Positions 1 to 9,038 are shown, counted from the first letter of the stretch. The stretch: DNA of 64,000 nt from Myxococcota bacterium (GCA_023150835.1 JAKLKB010000007.1:1-64000); one strand, 5' to 3'. Notes: generated from the sequence alone by a model not told the origin. Program-made: numbers and translations.

Positions 1-1
1 A

Positions 2-856
2 AACATCCCCCCCACAAAACCACCCCCACAAAGCGGCCCACAAACACAAAGCTCTCCCCCACGAAACAAAGGACCCGAGCAGCCGCCCAACGGGCAACGT
101 CCACCCTCGAAAAGCCCCGAGCAGCCGCCCAACGGACAACGTCCACCCTCGAAAAGCCCCGAACAGCCGCACAGCACAGCGGAATCCAACACACCACCCA
201 AACCACCCAAAGCGCTCGAAGGAGCACTTGCACTCACCCCCGCACACATCGATCAGATCGCAACCGTCCTTTACCGTAGTGCTTTGCTTGGTGCAACTTA
301 CGCACGTCCGCAGATCCGAGCGATCCGCATCTACTTCCAAAAGATTCTCGATTGCAGCCCTGCCCAACTCCATCGCGTGCGCGATATCCTCAAAAAACTA
401 CAAAGCCAAGAATTCCCCTTGGTTCCGCCCCCACTTGACGATCTCCCTGCGTTGGTCCCGATGCTGAGTTATGCAAAGCGCCTTGCATTCGTCCACAGCA
501 TCCTGTTTTTGCTTGGCTGCAAAACCCTCCAAACCCTCGAAAGATACCGCGACTTTATGAGCGAACTCGCCATCGAGTTGCGCATCGATCCTGCGGATGT
601 CAGCCTTTTCAACCTCTTTGGGATCGGCAGCGACGAGATCCAACTTTCCTTCCAAGACTGTTTGCGCGTCTTGGATGTCGAGATGGACGCGACCGAAAAC
701 GATCTGCGCAAAGCCCATCGCGAACTGGTTCGCCGTTATCACCCCGATCAATTTCACTCCAAAGGCCCTGAATTTGTCCGTCTCGCCGAACGTAAAATGA
801 AAGAGGCCAACATGGCTCTGGAGATCCTGCTCTACCGTTCGGATCGCGGAGTCTGA
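2..856 (+). CDS. J-domain co-chaperone (DjlA-like C-terminal J domain), 5' truncated at window edge
   Basis: The frame is open from nt 2 with a Pro-rich linker. The C-terminus VLDV..ATENDLRKAHRELVRRYHPD..AERKMKEAN is a J domain with the HPD motif. Confidence 0.8.
   Translation, partial: NIPPTKPPPQSGPQTQSSPPRNKGPEQPPNGQRPPSKSPEQPPNGQRPPSKSPEQPHSTAESNTPPKPPKALEGALALTPAHIDQIATVLYRSALLGATYARPQIRAIRIYFQKILDCSPAQLHRVRDILKKLQSQEFPLVPPPLDDLPALVPMLSYAKRLAFVHSILFLLGCKTLQTLERYRDFMSELAIELRIDPADVSLFNLFGIGSDEIQLSFQDCLRVLDVEMDATENDLRKAHRELVRRYHPDQFHSKGPEFVRLAERKMKEANMALEILLYRSDRGV
74..170 (+). repeat. 42-bp in-frame tandem repeat (PEQPPNGQRPPSKS, 2 copies plus a partial)
   Basis: cccgagcagccgcccaacgggcaacgtccaccctcgaaaagc occurs at 74 and 116, with a partial copy at 158. 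Confidence 0.9.
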
Positions 857-862
857 TCACAG

Positions 863-957
863 CCCCTCCCCCACAACCCTTCACACCACGCCTCTCCCCT
901 CCCCCACAACCCTTCACACCACGCCTCTCCCCCACCCCACAACCCTCCACACCACGC
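863..957. repeat. 33-bp intergenic tandem repeat, ~3 copies
   Basis: cccctcccccacaacccttcacaccacgcctct occurs at 863, 896 and 929, between convergent genes. Confidence 0.9.
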
Positions 958-985
958 CGATCAACCCGACCGCGTCATAGCCGTC

Positions 986-1936
986 TCAATCCAACCACCA
1001 AGCGCCTAGATCTTCGGCGAGTTTCGCGTCGTCCAACGCATCTTCTGGTGTGGGGTACCAACGCACCGCTTCTTTGCGAAACCACGTCATCTGACGTTTT
1101 GCGTACGTTCGCGTTGCTTGCTGGATCTGCGCGGTGGCTTCGAGCGGATCGAGCGAGCCATCCAACACCGCATTGAGTTCTCGATAACCGATGCACTGCA
1201 TGGGCTTCCAACCCGCCGAATATCCGCGCAAGCGCATCGCTTCCACTTCAGCCATCCATCCCGCCCGTAACATCGACTCGATCCGCGCATGGATCCGTTC
1301 ATGTAGCATCGTGCGCGGCCAATCCAATCCAATCAACAAGGCGGGATATCGACGATCTTGGTGCTGATGTTCCCCCACCCATGATGAAAAAGGCCGACCT
1401 GTGGACAAAAACACCTCCAACGCTCGCACAATCCGCGAGCGATCTCGTGGCATGATCTTGATCGTCGCCGCAGGATCGACTTGTTGGAGTTCTTCGTACA
1501 TCTGCGCCAACTCTCCGCACTCTACGCGAGAGAGCAACTGTTCGCGGATCCCATCGTCTGACGGTACGTCAAACAAGCCATGCAACAGCGCACGCAGATA
1601 TAGCCCCGTTCCACCCGCCAAGATCACACGACGGCCTGAACGAGCGATCTGCGCGATCACTTCGTCGGCTTCGCGTTGAAAACGCCCTGCATCGTAATCT
1701 TCCCAAACATCCGCCACATCGATCAAGTGATGCAAGATCCCCTGTCTCTCCTCGCACGTCGCCTTGCCCGTCCCGATATCCAACTCGCGATACACCTGCA
1801 ACGAATCAACGCTCACGATCTCCGCACCGTAGCGCTTTGCCAACTCCACCGCCAAGCCGCTCTTCCCACTCGCCGTCGGCCCCACCACCGCCACCAACGG
1901 GATATCCGAAAGATATGTCACCGACGAGACGGTCAT
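986..1936 (-). CDS. miaA: tRNA dimethylallyltransferase
   Basis: Motifs VVGPTASGKS, SVDSLQVYRELDIGTGK, GGTGLY and TRTYAKRQMTWFR. The ATG at 1936 is preceded by GGAG. Confidence 0.97.
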   Translation of the reverse strand: MTVSSVTYLSDIPLVAVVGPTASGKSGLAVELAKRYGAEIVSVDSLQVYRELDIGTGKATCEERQGILHHLIDVADVWEDYDAGRFQREADEVIAQIARSGRRVILAGGTGLYLRALLHGLFDVPSDDGIREQLLSRVECGELAQMYEELQQVDPAATIKIMPRDRSRIVRALEVFLSTGRPFSSWVGEHQHQDRRYPALLIGLDWPRTMLHERIHARIESMLRAGWMAEVEAMRLRGYSAGWKPMQCIGYRELNAVLDGSLDPLEATAQIQQATRTYAKRQMTWFRKEAVRWYPTPEDALDDAKLAEDLGAWWLD

Positions 1937-1985
1937 CTCCGCTCCGCTCCTTCCCTTCGCCAAAACAGAAACCGCTTGGATATCA

Positions 1986-2094
1986 TACGAGATCCGCCCG
2001 TTGCGTTATCGTCGGTGTAGGGGCAGCCCCCTGTGGCCCAAGAATCGGGCATCCGCGTACTCTTGTTTGCTGTGTACATCACTCGGATATCGTA
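1986..2094. mobile_element. ~110 bp palindromic REP/MITE-like element, copy A (diverged)
   Basis: TACGAGATCCG...CGGATATCGTA termini with internal GTAGGGGCAG. Aligns by eye to the copies at 6880, 6996, 34467 and 50450. Confidence 0.8.
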
Positions 2095-2111
2095 TAACAC
2101 GGCACAACCCC

Positions 2112-2158
2112 AAAAAAAAGCCAAGCCCCACAAACGATCTTGCAAGGCTTGGCTTTGT
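2112..2158 (-). terminator. Intrinsic terminator on the minus strand
   Basis: Perfect inverted repeat AAAGCCAAGCC (2117-2127) / GGCTTGGCTTT (2146-2156). On the minus strand the stem extends through G-U pairs and is followed by U8. Confidence 0.8.
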
Positions 2159-2201
2159 AGAAACAAAAAAGCAGCAAAAAAACGGTTTTTCCACAAGGGT
2201 T

Positions 2202-2556
2202 GTTTGGATGCGAAGGCGAAGGCCCGTTTCACGACGCGGGCGTGCGCCCAGTCGTCATGCACGTCCCGCGTCGAGGGCCGAAGCCGAAGCGCCGCTGGTT
2301 TTCGGCGAAAGGCGAAAACGTGCAGTGCCAGCTCTCAGGCCGGGCGTTGGGCGATCGCTTGTTCCTTCCTCTTGCGCTGGGCGTGGGGATTTCACCGCCT
2401 TTCGCCGTCCGTGCTGATCTTTTCGACTCGGACGCTCCGCGCTGGTATTCCGACGCTCGCTCGAACCTTGGGTCAAACACCTTTCTCCTCCCCGCTCGTA
2501 TCGCAAGCGGATCTACGGAGAAAACTTCAAGTTTTGTTGTGTTGGGTTTGGATGCG
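2202..2556. ncRNA. Candidate structured non-coding RNA (family unidentified; 6S-like rod possible)
   Basis: Several long helices, including a perfect 12-bp inverted repeat at 2303-2314/2396-2407 and a hairpin at 2206-2293. There is no convincing ORF, and a minus-strand terminator lies downstream. Confidence 0.45.
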
Positions 2557-2951
2557 CTTCCCTACCGTTTCCTTTTTGCTTTGCGATCTCGTTCGCGCAC
2601 GTTCGGCTTGTGACCACGACCTCGCCCGACACCTTGAAGTGATCGGCTATGTCCACAAAGACACAACACCCGATCAAGGAGCCTGCTTTTCTTTTTTTCG
2701 CACTTTTTTGCGCAAATCTTTCTAAAAACAAGAAGGATATGCTTCAAAAAAAGCGCGTCTTGCGTAAGTGATGGTGGATAGCAAAAGTGTCGTATCGTGA
2801 CACACGACGCATAGCGGACTGACGGGGGGTACAACACCCGAACACCGACAGAGCACACCGCAAACAAGAATACACGGACAACGACCAGAGGGTCCCACAA
2901 ACTCAAAGGTAGCGCATCGATCAGATCGCGGAATATGGCAAAGGACAGAGA

Positions 2952-5252
2952 TCATGTGCGGTGGAAACGTTTTTCGATCTCTGCACGCGCCATCTCAAAG
3001 AAGATCGGGCGTCCGTGAGGGCAGTGACCTTTGAACTCGATCTCATCGAGTTGTTGGAGCAAAGCGCGGACTTCTTCAGCGGAAAGCTTGTGCGCGCCGC
3101 GCACCGATCCGTGGCAAGCCATCCGCATCAACACAGCATCCCGTCGCTGATCGAGCGAAGCAGACTTGTAACCTTTGGCGACTTCTTCGAGCAGATCGTT
3201 GATCAAGACCAGCGGATCAGCTTCTTTGAGAAACACAGGGACCGCACGCAAAACAAAGCTTTGCCCCCCAAAGGGCTCAATCGAGACGCCAAGTCGCTCT
3301 AATTCTTCTTGAAATTGTTCAGCTTGTTGAGCAGCGACGATCCCCAACTCGATTTGTGGAGGAACAAGATAGACTTGTTGGGGGATCAAAGAAGAGAGAA
3401 AGCCATCCAGCAGCTTTTGGTAAGTCACGCGCTCGTGCGCGGCGTGTTGATCCAACAAGATCAAGCGATCTTGATGTTCAAAAAGCAGATACATCTGCGC
3501 AAATTGCCCGATGTAGCGAAGAGAAGAAAAAAATCCAACGCGGCCTTGTTCTGCTCGATCGCGGACGAGGATTCCTTCGGGGCGATCGGCTTGCGGGATT
3601 TTTTTCCCCAAGAGATTCGAAGTGTCGAGAGGATTCGAGACATCCTCAGCCAGAGGCGCGTTCCAGTTCGGCAAAAAAGGCAAGTTTTTTTGAGAGGAAG
3701 AAAGCGGAGCAAACCGCGTATCTTCGGGGGGTTCTTCGATGGTCGACTTTTGATCTTGGGCGGCTTTCAAAAACCGCGAACGAAACTCGTCGAAATTTCT
3801 CGGAGCCTCCGCAGCTTCTTGCTTGTGGGCTGTTGTAGTGCTTGTTGAATCCGCAAAGTAGCTTACGGTCGAGGTCTGCGCCCTTGGTGTCGAAGAGGCC
3901 GAAACGGACGGGGAGGCGGTCGTATTTTGGATTGTTGGACGAGCAGGATCTGGCGAAGACCATCGGTTCGCTGTGTTCGAAGGTGCCCGCTGGCTTTTGT
4001 GATCGAGTGCCGCCGATGTCCCCCGCTCCATCGGATCATTTGCGTCGAGAGAAACTTCGTATGAGACCGCAGCGCCTTCGGTGGTTTGTGCAAGAAGAGG
4101 CTTTTCTTCTCCAAAAGGTGCGGTCCCTTCGGGATCATCGAAGGCGTGGTCCATCCCGATATCTTCATTCAAAAAAGGCGGTGGCTCAGGCGCTTCGGAG
4201 ATTCCTTCGGATGCGGCGACACCAACAGCGCGCTCCAGTCGACCGCGACCACGATCCACCCACGGCGTTCGAGCGATGGCGTTGCGCAACGCAGCGTACA
4301 AGCGGTTGTAGATCTCTGTCTCACGGTGAAAACGCACTTCGATCTTTTGCGGGTGGACGTTGACGTCCACCTCGGCTGGATCGATCTCCAAAAACAACAC
4401 AACATGCGGATAACGGCCCTTTTCCATCGCGCCACGATAGGCTTCTTGACAAGCATGCGCAAAGCTACGATGCCGAATGAACCGACCATTCACAAACAGA
4501 TAGATCCCTTTCGGGCTTTGCGCGGTGATATCGGGCCGTGAAAAATACCCGCGCAACTTGACCCATCCATCCGCCATGTCGAACGGGTACATGGCTTCGC
4601 CGATCGGACGGCCTAGCAACGCACCGATCCGTTCGCGCATGTCGTGAGTGGCCGCACAATGTAGCAACATCCGTCGATTGCTGGTCAGCTTAAACCGAAC
4701 TTCTGGGTGCGCAAGAGCGAGGCGTGTTAAGGTTTCCGCAGTATGGGAAACCTCGGTGCTATCGGCTTTTAGAAACTTTCTACGTGCGGGGACATTAAAA
4801 AAAAGATCATGCACTTCGATGGTCGTTCCGATGGAGCGGCCCACAGGCGAGATCACAGGAGGCTTTCCACCCAAGACTTCGAGGTGTGTGCCGTCGGCTT
4901 CTTCTTCGTTGCGTGTCTCCATGACAAAGCGACTGACCGAAGCGATGCTTGGGATGGCTTCGCCTCGAAACCCCATCGTCGTGATGCGAAAAAGATCATC
5001 ATGGCTGCGAAGTTTGCTTGTCGCATGGCGCTGCAACGCCATCAACGCATCTTCGCGTGTCATCCCACAACCATCGTCCACGACGCGGATTAGCTGCTTG
5101 CCACCCCGTTCCAGTTCGATCTCGATCCGCCCCGCCCCTGCATCGATCGCGTTTTCCGCCAACTCCTTTACCACAGATGCGGGCCGTTCCACCACCTCTC
5201 CTGCGGCGATCTGGTTGATCAAATCGTCTGCGAGCAATTGAACTTTACCCAT
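2952..5252 (-). CDS. mutL: DNA mismatch repair endonuclease MutL
   Basis: INQIAAGEVVERPASVVKEL, GFRGEA and DVNVHPQK in the N-terminal half; DQHAAHER, MACH and CPHGRP at the C-terminus. Confidence 0.98.
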   Translation of the reverse strand: MGKVQLLADDLINQIAAGEVVERPASVVKELAENAIDAGAGRIEIELERGGKQLIRVVDDGCGMTREDALMALQRHATSKLRSHDDLFRITTMGFRGEAIPSIASVSRFVMETRNEEEADGTHLEVLGGKPPVISPVGRSIGTTIEVHDLFFNVPARRKFLKADSTEVSHTAETLTRLALAHPEVRFKLTSNRRMLLHCAATHDMRERIGALLGRPIGEAMYPFDMADGWVKLRGYFSRPDITAQSPKGIYLFVNGRFIRHRSFAHACQEAYRGAMEKGRYPHVVLFLEIDPAEVDVNVHPQKIEVRFHRETEIYNRLYAALRNAIARTPWVDRGRGRLERAVGVAASEGISEAPEPPPFLNEDIGMDHAFDDPEGTAPFGEEKPLLAQTTEGAAVSYEVSLDANDPMERGTSAALDHKSQRAPSNTANRWSSPDPARPTIQNTTASPSVSASSTPRAQTSTVSYFADSTSTTTAHKQEAAEAPRNFDEFRSRFLKAAQDQKSTIEEPPEDTRFAPLSSSQKNLPFLPNWNAPLAEDVSNPLDTSNLLGKKIPQADRPEGILVRDRAEQGRVGFFSSLRYIGQFAQMYLLFEHQDRLILLDQHAAHERVTYQKLLDGFLSSLIPQQVYLVPPQIELGIVAAQQAEQFQEELERLGVSIEPFGGQSFVLRAVPVFLKEADPLVLINDLLEEVAKGYKSASLDQRRDAVLMRMACHGSVRGAHKLSAEEVRALLQQLDEIEFKGHCPHGRPIFFEMARAEIEKRFHRT

Positions 5253-5467
5253 CGTCTTCTTCTCCCTCGTTCTTCAAGCGTACGCGCCGAGCCTCTTAGC
5301 ACAGCGCAACGTCGCAACTTGCCACACGACTCCCCGTTGTCTTCCCCCAACACCATCCAAGCCACCCCTTTGGCTCGGCTCCACAAAAACGTTGTTGCAC
5401 GAATCCCAGCGATCTGCTAAAGACGCCCACACCGCGCACCTTGGATCGCGCAAAAGGAGAGAGGTCG

Positions 5468-6370
5468 ATGAAGCTTGTATCGTATGGACCCGCAGGGCGG
5501 GAACTTCCGGGCGTTCTTTTGGATGATGGGCAGATCTTCTGCCTTTTTTCCGCCTCGCATGGCAAGATCCCATCGATCCGAGCGCTGCTTGCGGGCGGAG
5601 AGGCTGCTCTCGATCAGATCTGCCGCTGGATCAGCGCTCCCGACCCTGCATTCTTACACGACGCATCCGCACTCCGCATCGGCCCTCCGCTCACCAATCC
5701 CTCCAAGATCGTCTGCCTTGGCCTCAATTATCGCGGACACGCCGAAGAACAAAACAAACCGATCCCCGAACACCCGCTGCTTTTCTCCAAAGCCACGACT
5801 TCGCTTGCTGGCCCAAATGACCCCATCTGGCATCCGATCGCCGAAGAGCACCTTGATTATGAGGTCGAGTTGGCGCTCGTCTTTGGAAAGCCCGCTTTTC
5901 GCGTACCTGCCGAGCGTTGGAAAGAATACATCGCGGGCTACACCATCCTCAACGACCTGAGCGCTCGTGACACCTTGCGCGCTGACAACAAATGGTTTCG
6001 CGGCAAGTCCTTCGACACCTGTTGTCCGATGGGGCCTTACCTCGTCACGGCGGATGAGATCGCCGATCCCCAGTCTCTGCGCCTCCAAGCCTTCGTCAAC
6101 GGGGAGCGTCGACAAGACGGGAACACCAACGATCTGATCTTTGATCTCGGATACATCGTCGCTTTTTGCACGCAAAACGCCACCTTCCAACCGGGCGACA
6201 TCGTCGCCACAGGCACACCAAGCGGAGTCGGTATCCATCGAAAACCTCCTGCCTGCCTGCATATCGGCGATACGGTCAACGTATCCATCGAGCAATTGGG
6301 TTCCCTTCAAAACCAGATCATCGCTCGTCCCGACGATGCGATCAGCCCTTATCCCTGTCCTGCGACCTGA
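5468..6370 (+). CDS. Fumarylacetoacetate hydrolase family protein
   Basis: Motifs KIVCLGLNY, LDYEVEL, GYTILNDLSARD, GKSFDT and PGDIVATGTPSGVG. GAGG precedes the ATG at 5468. Confidence 0.93.
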   Translation: MKLVSYGPAGRELPGVLLDDGQIFCLFSASHGKIPSIRALLAGGEAALDQICRWISAPDPAFLHDASALRIGPPLTNPSKIVCLGLNYRGHAEEQNKPIPEHPLLFSKATTSLAGPNDPIWHPIAEEHLDYEVELALVFGKPAFRVPAERWKEYIAGYTILNDLSARDTLRADNKWFRGKSFDTCCPMGPYLVTADEIADPQSLRLQAFVNGERRQDGNTNDLIFDLGYIVAFCTQNATFQPGDIVATGTPSGVGIHRKPPACLHIGDTVNVSIEQLGSLQNQIIARPDDAISPYPCPAT

Positions 6371-6432
6371 GCAAACAGATCACTTTTTCCCTTGGGCCAT
6401 AAGCCCCAAACAGCACTCACAAGGAGATTTCC

Positions 6433-6864
6433 ATGACCATGCAACGCACTTTCTCGATCATCAAACCCGATGCTTTCGCCAAAGGCGCGATCGGCGATAT
6501 CCTCCGTATGATCGAAGCCAGCGGTCTCAAGATCATCGCAACCAAAACCCTCCGTATGACCAAGTCCCAAGCCGAGGGCTTTTACGCCGTCCACAAAGAG
6601 CGTTCCTTCTTTGGTGAGTTGGTGACATTCATGTCCTCCGGTCCTGTCGTGGTTTCCGTCCTCGAAGGCGACAACGCTGTCTTGCGCTACCGCGATCTCA
6701 TGGGTCCCACCGACTCGACCAAGGCCGCCCCCAACACCATCCGAGGCACACACGGCACCAATATCGAACGCAATGCCGTTCATGGCTCCGACTCTCCCGA
6801 AAATGCCGTCATCGAGATCAACTATTTCTTCCCCGAATCCGAACTCCGCGCACTCCTCGGCTAA
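6433..6864 (+). CDS. ndk: Nucleoside diphosphate kinase
   Basis: Motifs [16 protein letters not shown] and NAVHGSDS, with an AAGGAG SD site. Confidence 0.98.
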   Translation: MTMQRTFSIIKPDAFAKGAIGDILRMIEASGLKIIATKTLRMTKSQAEGFYAVHKERSFFGELVTFMSSGPVVVSVLEGDNAVLRYRDLMGPTDSTKAAPNTIRGTHGTNIERNAVHGSDSPENAVIEINYFFPESELRALLG

Positions 6865-6879
6865 TTTCAAAAGCAATCC

Positions 6880-7108
6880 TACGATCTCCGAGAGATGTGT
6901 GATCGTAGAACAGTGCGTAGAGGCCCGATTGTTGGGCAGCCACACCTGTCTGCCCCTACATTTTTACGATCACGCAACGGGCGGAGATCGTATCATACGA
7001 TCTCCGAGAGATGTGTGATCGTAGGACAGTGCGTAGAGGCCCGATTGTTGGGCAGCCACACCTGTCTTCCCCTACGCTTTGACGATCACACAATGGGCGG
7101 ATCTCGTA
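6880..7108. mobile_element. Two tandem ~113 bp palindromic REP/MITE-like elements (copy B 6880-6992, copy C 6996-7108)
   Basis: The copies are near-identical direct repeats. Each has TACGATCTCCG..CGGAGATCGTA-type and TGTGATCGT..ACGATCAC arms around GTAG-headed hairpins. Confidence 0.9.
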
Positions 7109-7219
7109 CAAGCCGTCGCCTGTTTGGCATCTCGCCCCCCTAGAGTTATTCTACCATCCCCATCCACTCGGACATATCGACCTTTACGAAGACGCAACAA
7201 TCAAAAAAACATCTGTCGC

Positions 7220-8536
7220 CTAACTTGCGCGCCGTCGGATACTATCGGTCAAACGGATGATCAGATCGCGCTGTGAAGCCGAAAGCTCTTGGAAGATATT
7301 CCACATCACGCGCTGCCCAATCGACGGATAATCGGCAAGGATCTGCCGAAAGTTTTCGGGGGAGAAAAACAAGATCCGCAAGCCTTCGCGTTCACAACGG
7401 ATCGTGACGGTGCTGATGGAAGGCCCCAATAAAGCGGCCTCTCCAAAAAAACAACCCGGCGTATAGGTCGCCAACCAGATCGATTGGCGCGTCACTTGGG
7501 CGCGGCCATCCAAGACCATATAAAGCCCGGGGAATTCTTTCTCTTCTTCGATGATGATCTCGGAACCGATATACGACTTGACTTCGCCTGCTTGGAGAAA
7601 AAGCTGCGATTCATTGATATCTAAGTTCTGAAACAATCGCAGCGATCCAAAGATATCTTGCCCCATATCCAGTTGTGTGGCAGCCACCCCATCCCAAGGA
7701 GCCTCCACCCGCAAGGTAATGGCGGTGATATTGTCCTTGCCACCGCGCTCGTTGGCAGAATCGATCAAGCGCGGGATCAAGCGATCGCCGTCTTTTTCTT
7801 GAAAGACGGTCATCAACTCTTCTTCGACAAGATAGTTGTGAAGCCCGTCTGTACAGAGCAAAAATTGATCGCCGGGTTCGAGCGTGAGAAAACCGATATC
7901 CAACTCGATCTTGGGGCTGACACCAAGAGCTTGAAGCAGAACGTTTTTGCCGGGGGCGGCTTTGGCTTGTTCGGGAGTCAGCTCTCCGCGACGGATCCGC
8001 TCGGCAACAAGGGAATGATCGCGTGTCAGTTGGCGAACTTGGTTGTCACGCACGCGATAAAGGCGAGAGTCACCCACGTGGGCGACCACACCGATACGAC
8101 CGCAGATAATCAAGCACGTGACCGTAGTTCCCATGTATTTTCCTTTTGGGAGGGAACGCGTCTGCATACGGATGGTGGTGTGACTGCCCAAAATCGCCCG
8201 ATGGACGAGCTTTTGAACTTCGCGATAATTTTCGCGCGTCGATTCTTTCGAGAAATTGTGCAGGATATCCATATCGTTAAAGAGCGTCGAGCGGATGCTC
8301 TCGACAGCCATCCGACTGGCCTCTCCTCCGCGCTCGCCACCCCCCATCCCATCAGCAACAATAAACAGCCCATTGACGGGATCGATCAAAGAGCAATCTT
8401 CATTCTCTTTGCGTTTACGCCCAAGGTCCGTGCCGCCCCACGCACGAAAACGTAATTCGGATCCTGTTGCGACAAAAGGGCCTGTCCCTGCGATATCGTC
8501 GGGTTGAATGATCCGACTGTTCACTCTTTCTTCCAT
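7220..8536 (-). CDS. PP2C-family Ser/Thr phosphatase with C-terminal cyclic-nucleotide-binding domain
   Basis: PP2C motifs TDLGRKRKENED, VADGMGG, MGTT, HVGDSR, LLCTDGL and GGKDNIT. The C-terminal LYMVLDGRAQV..PGCFFGEAALL is cNMP-like. Confidence 0.9.
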   Translation of the reverse strand: MEERVNSRIIQPDDIAGTGPFVATGSELRFRAWGGTDLGRKRKENEDCSLIDPVNGLFIVADGMGGGERGGEASRMAVESIRSTLFNDMDILHNFSKESTRENYREVQKLVHRAILGSHTTIRMQTRSLPKGKYMGTTVTCLIICGRIGVVAHVGDSRLYRVRDNQVRQLTRDHSLVAERIRRGELTPEQAKAAPGKNVLLQALGVSPKIELDIGFLTLEPGDQFLLCTDGLHNYLVEEELMTVFQEKDGDRLIPRLIDSANERGGKDNITAITLRVEAPWDGVAATQLDMGQDIFGSLRLFQNLDINESQLFLQAGEVKSYIGSEIIIEEEKEFPGLYMVLDGRAQVTRQSIWLATYTPGCFFGEAALLGPSISTVTIRCEREGLRILFFSPENFRQILADYPSIGQRVMWNIFQELSASQRDLIIRLTDSIRRRAS

Positions 8537-9038
8537 AACTCGTCGCCTTCGCTACATGGTGTGCTTGTGTGTGCCGCTTGTGGCGTGCAGAGAACCCAAG
8601 CTTGTGCTGATGTGTCCAAAAAACCCGTTTAGTGTAGCGGTACCGAGCGATCTGTCAAGGGATAGCCTTGGGATGGCTCCGCCAAGAAACCTCTCGTGGT
8701 GCGTTGGTTTGCGGCTTGGCATGGTCTGGGATCTCGGGGGGGACTTGACAGAGGGTGTAGAGTAAAAGCGCGGCAGGTTTTCGAGTGAGTGTGTCGCAAA
8801 GATATTGCAATCCCACTTGAAATGGATATAGGCATGGGAAGGGCTTTTCGCAAAAAACAGCCCGTATGCTGTGGCCCGTTATCCTCGAAAAAATGGCACC
8901 GGCTGTCGGTCGTGCAAACTCCCTTGCACGCGAGCAGGACGATATGCTAGGAGTTTCGGGACATTGCTCTAGAGAGATCCGCAAAGCCTCGAATAGACGT
9001 CGTTGTGGATCTCGATCAAACGAGAAGGATGGACAATC

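Noticed and set aside
2280-2400. Glycine riboswitch (CTCTCAGG, CCGAAG) or FMN riboswitch (GGTGAAATCCCCAC)
   Set aside because: Only isolated motifs are present. The remaining consensus and a suitable downstream gene are missing.
2455-2475. tRNA or tmRNA suggested by GGTTCGAG on the minus strand
   Set aside because: No T-stem pairing, cloverleaf or CCA end.
2229-2906. TAG read-through joining ORFs 2562-2906 and 2229-2480
   Set aside because: They are in frame, but neither looks protein-like and no pyrrolysine or recoding context is visible.
8894-8910. Sigma54 promoter (TGGCAC)
   Set aside because: The -12 TTGC element is absent at the required spacing.
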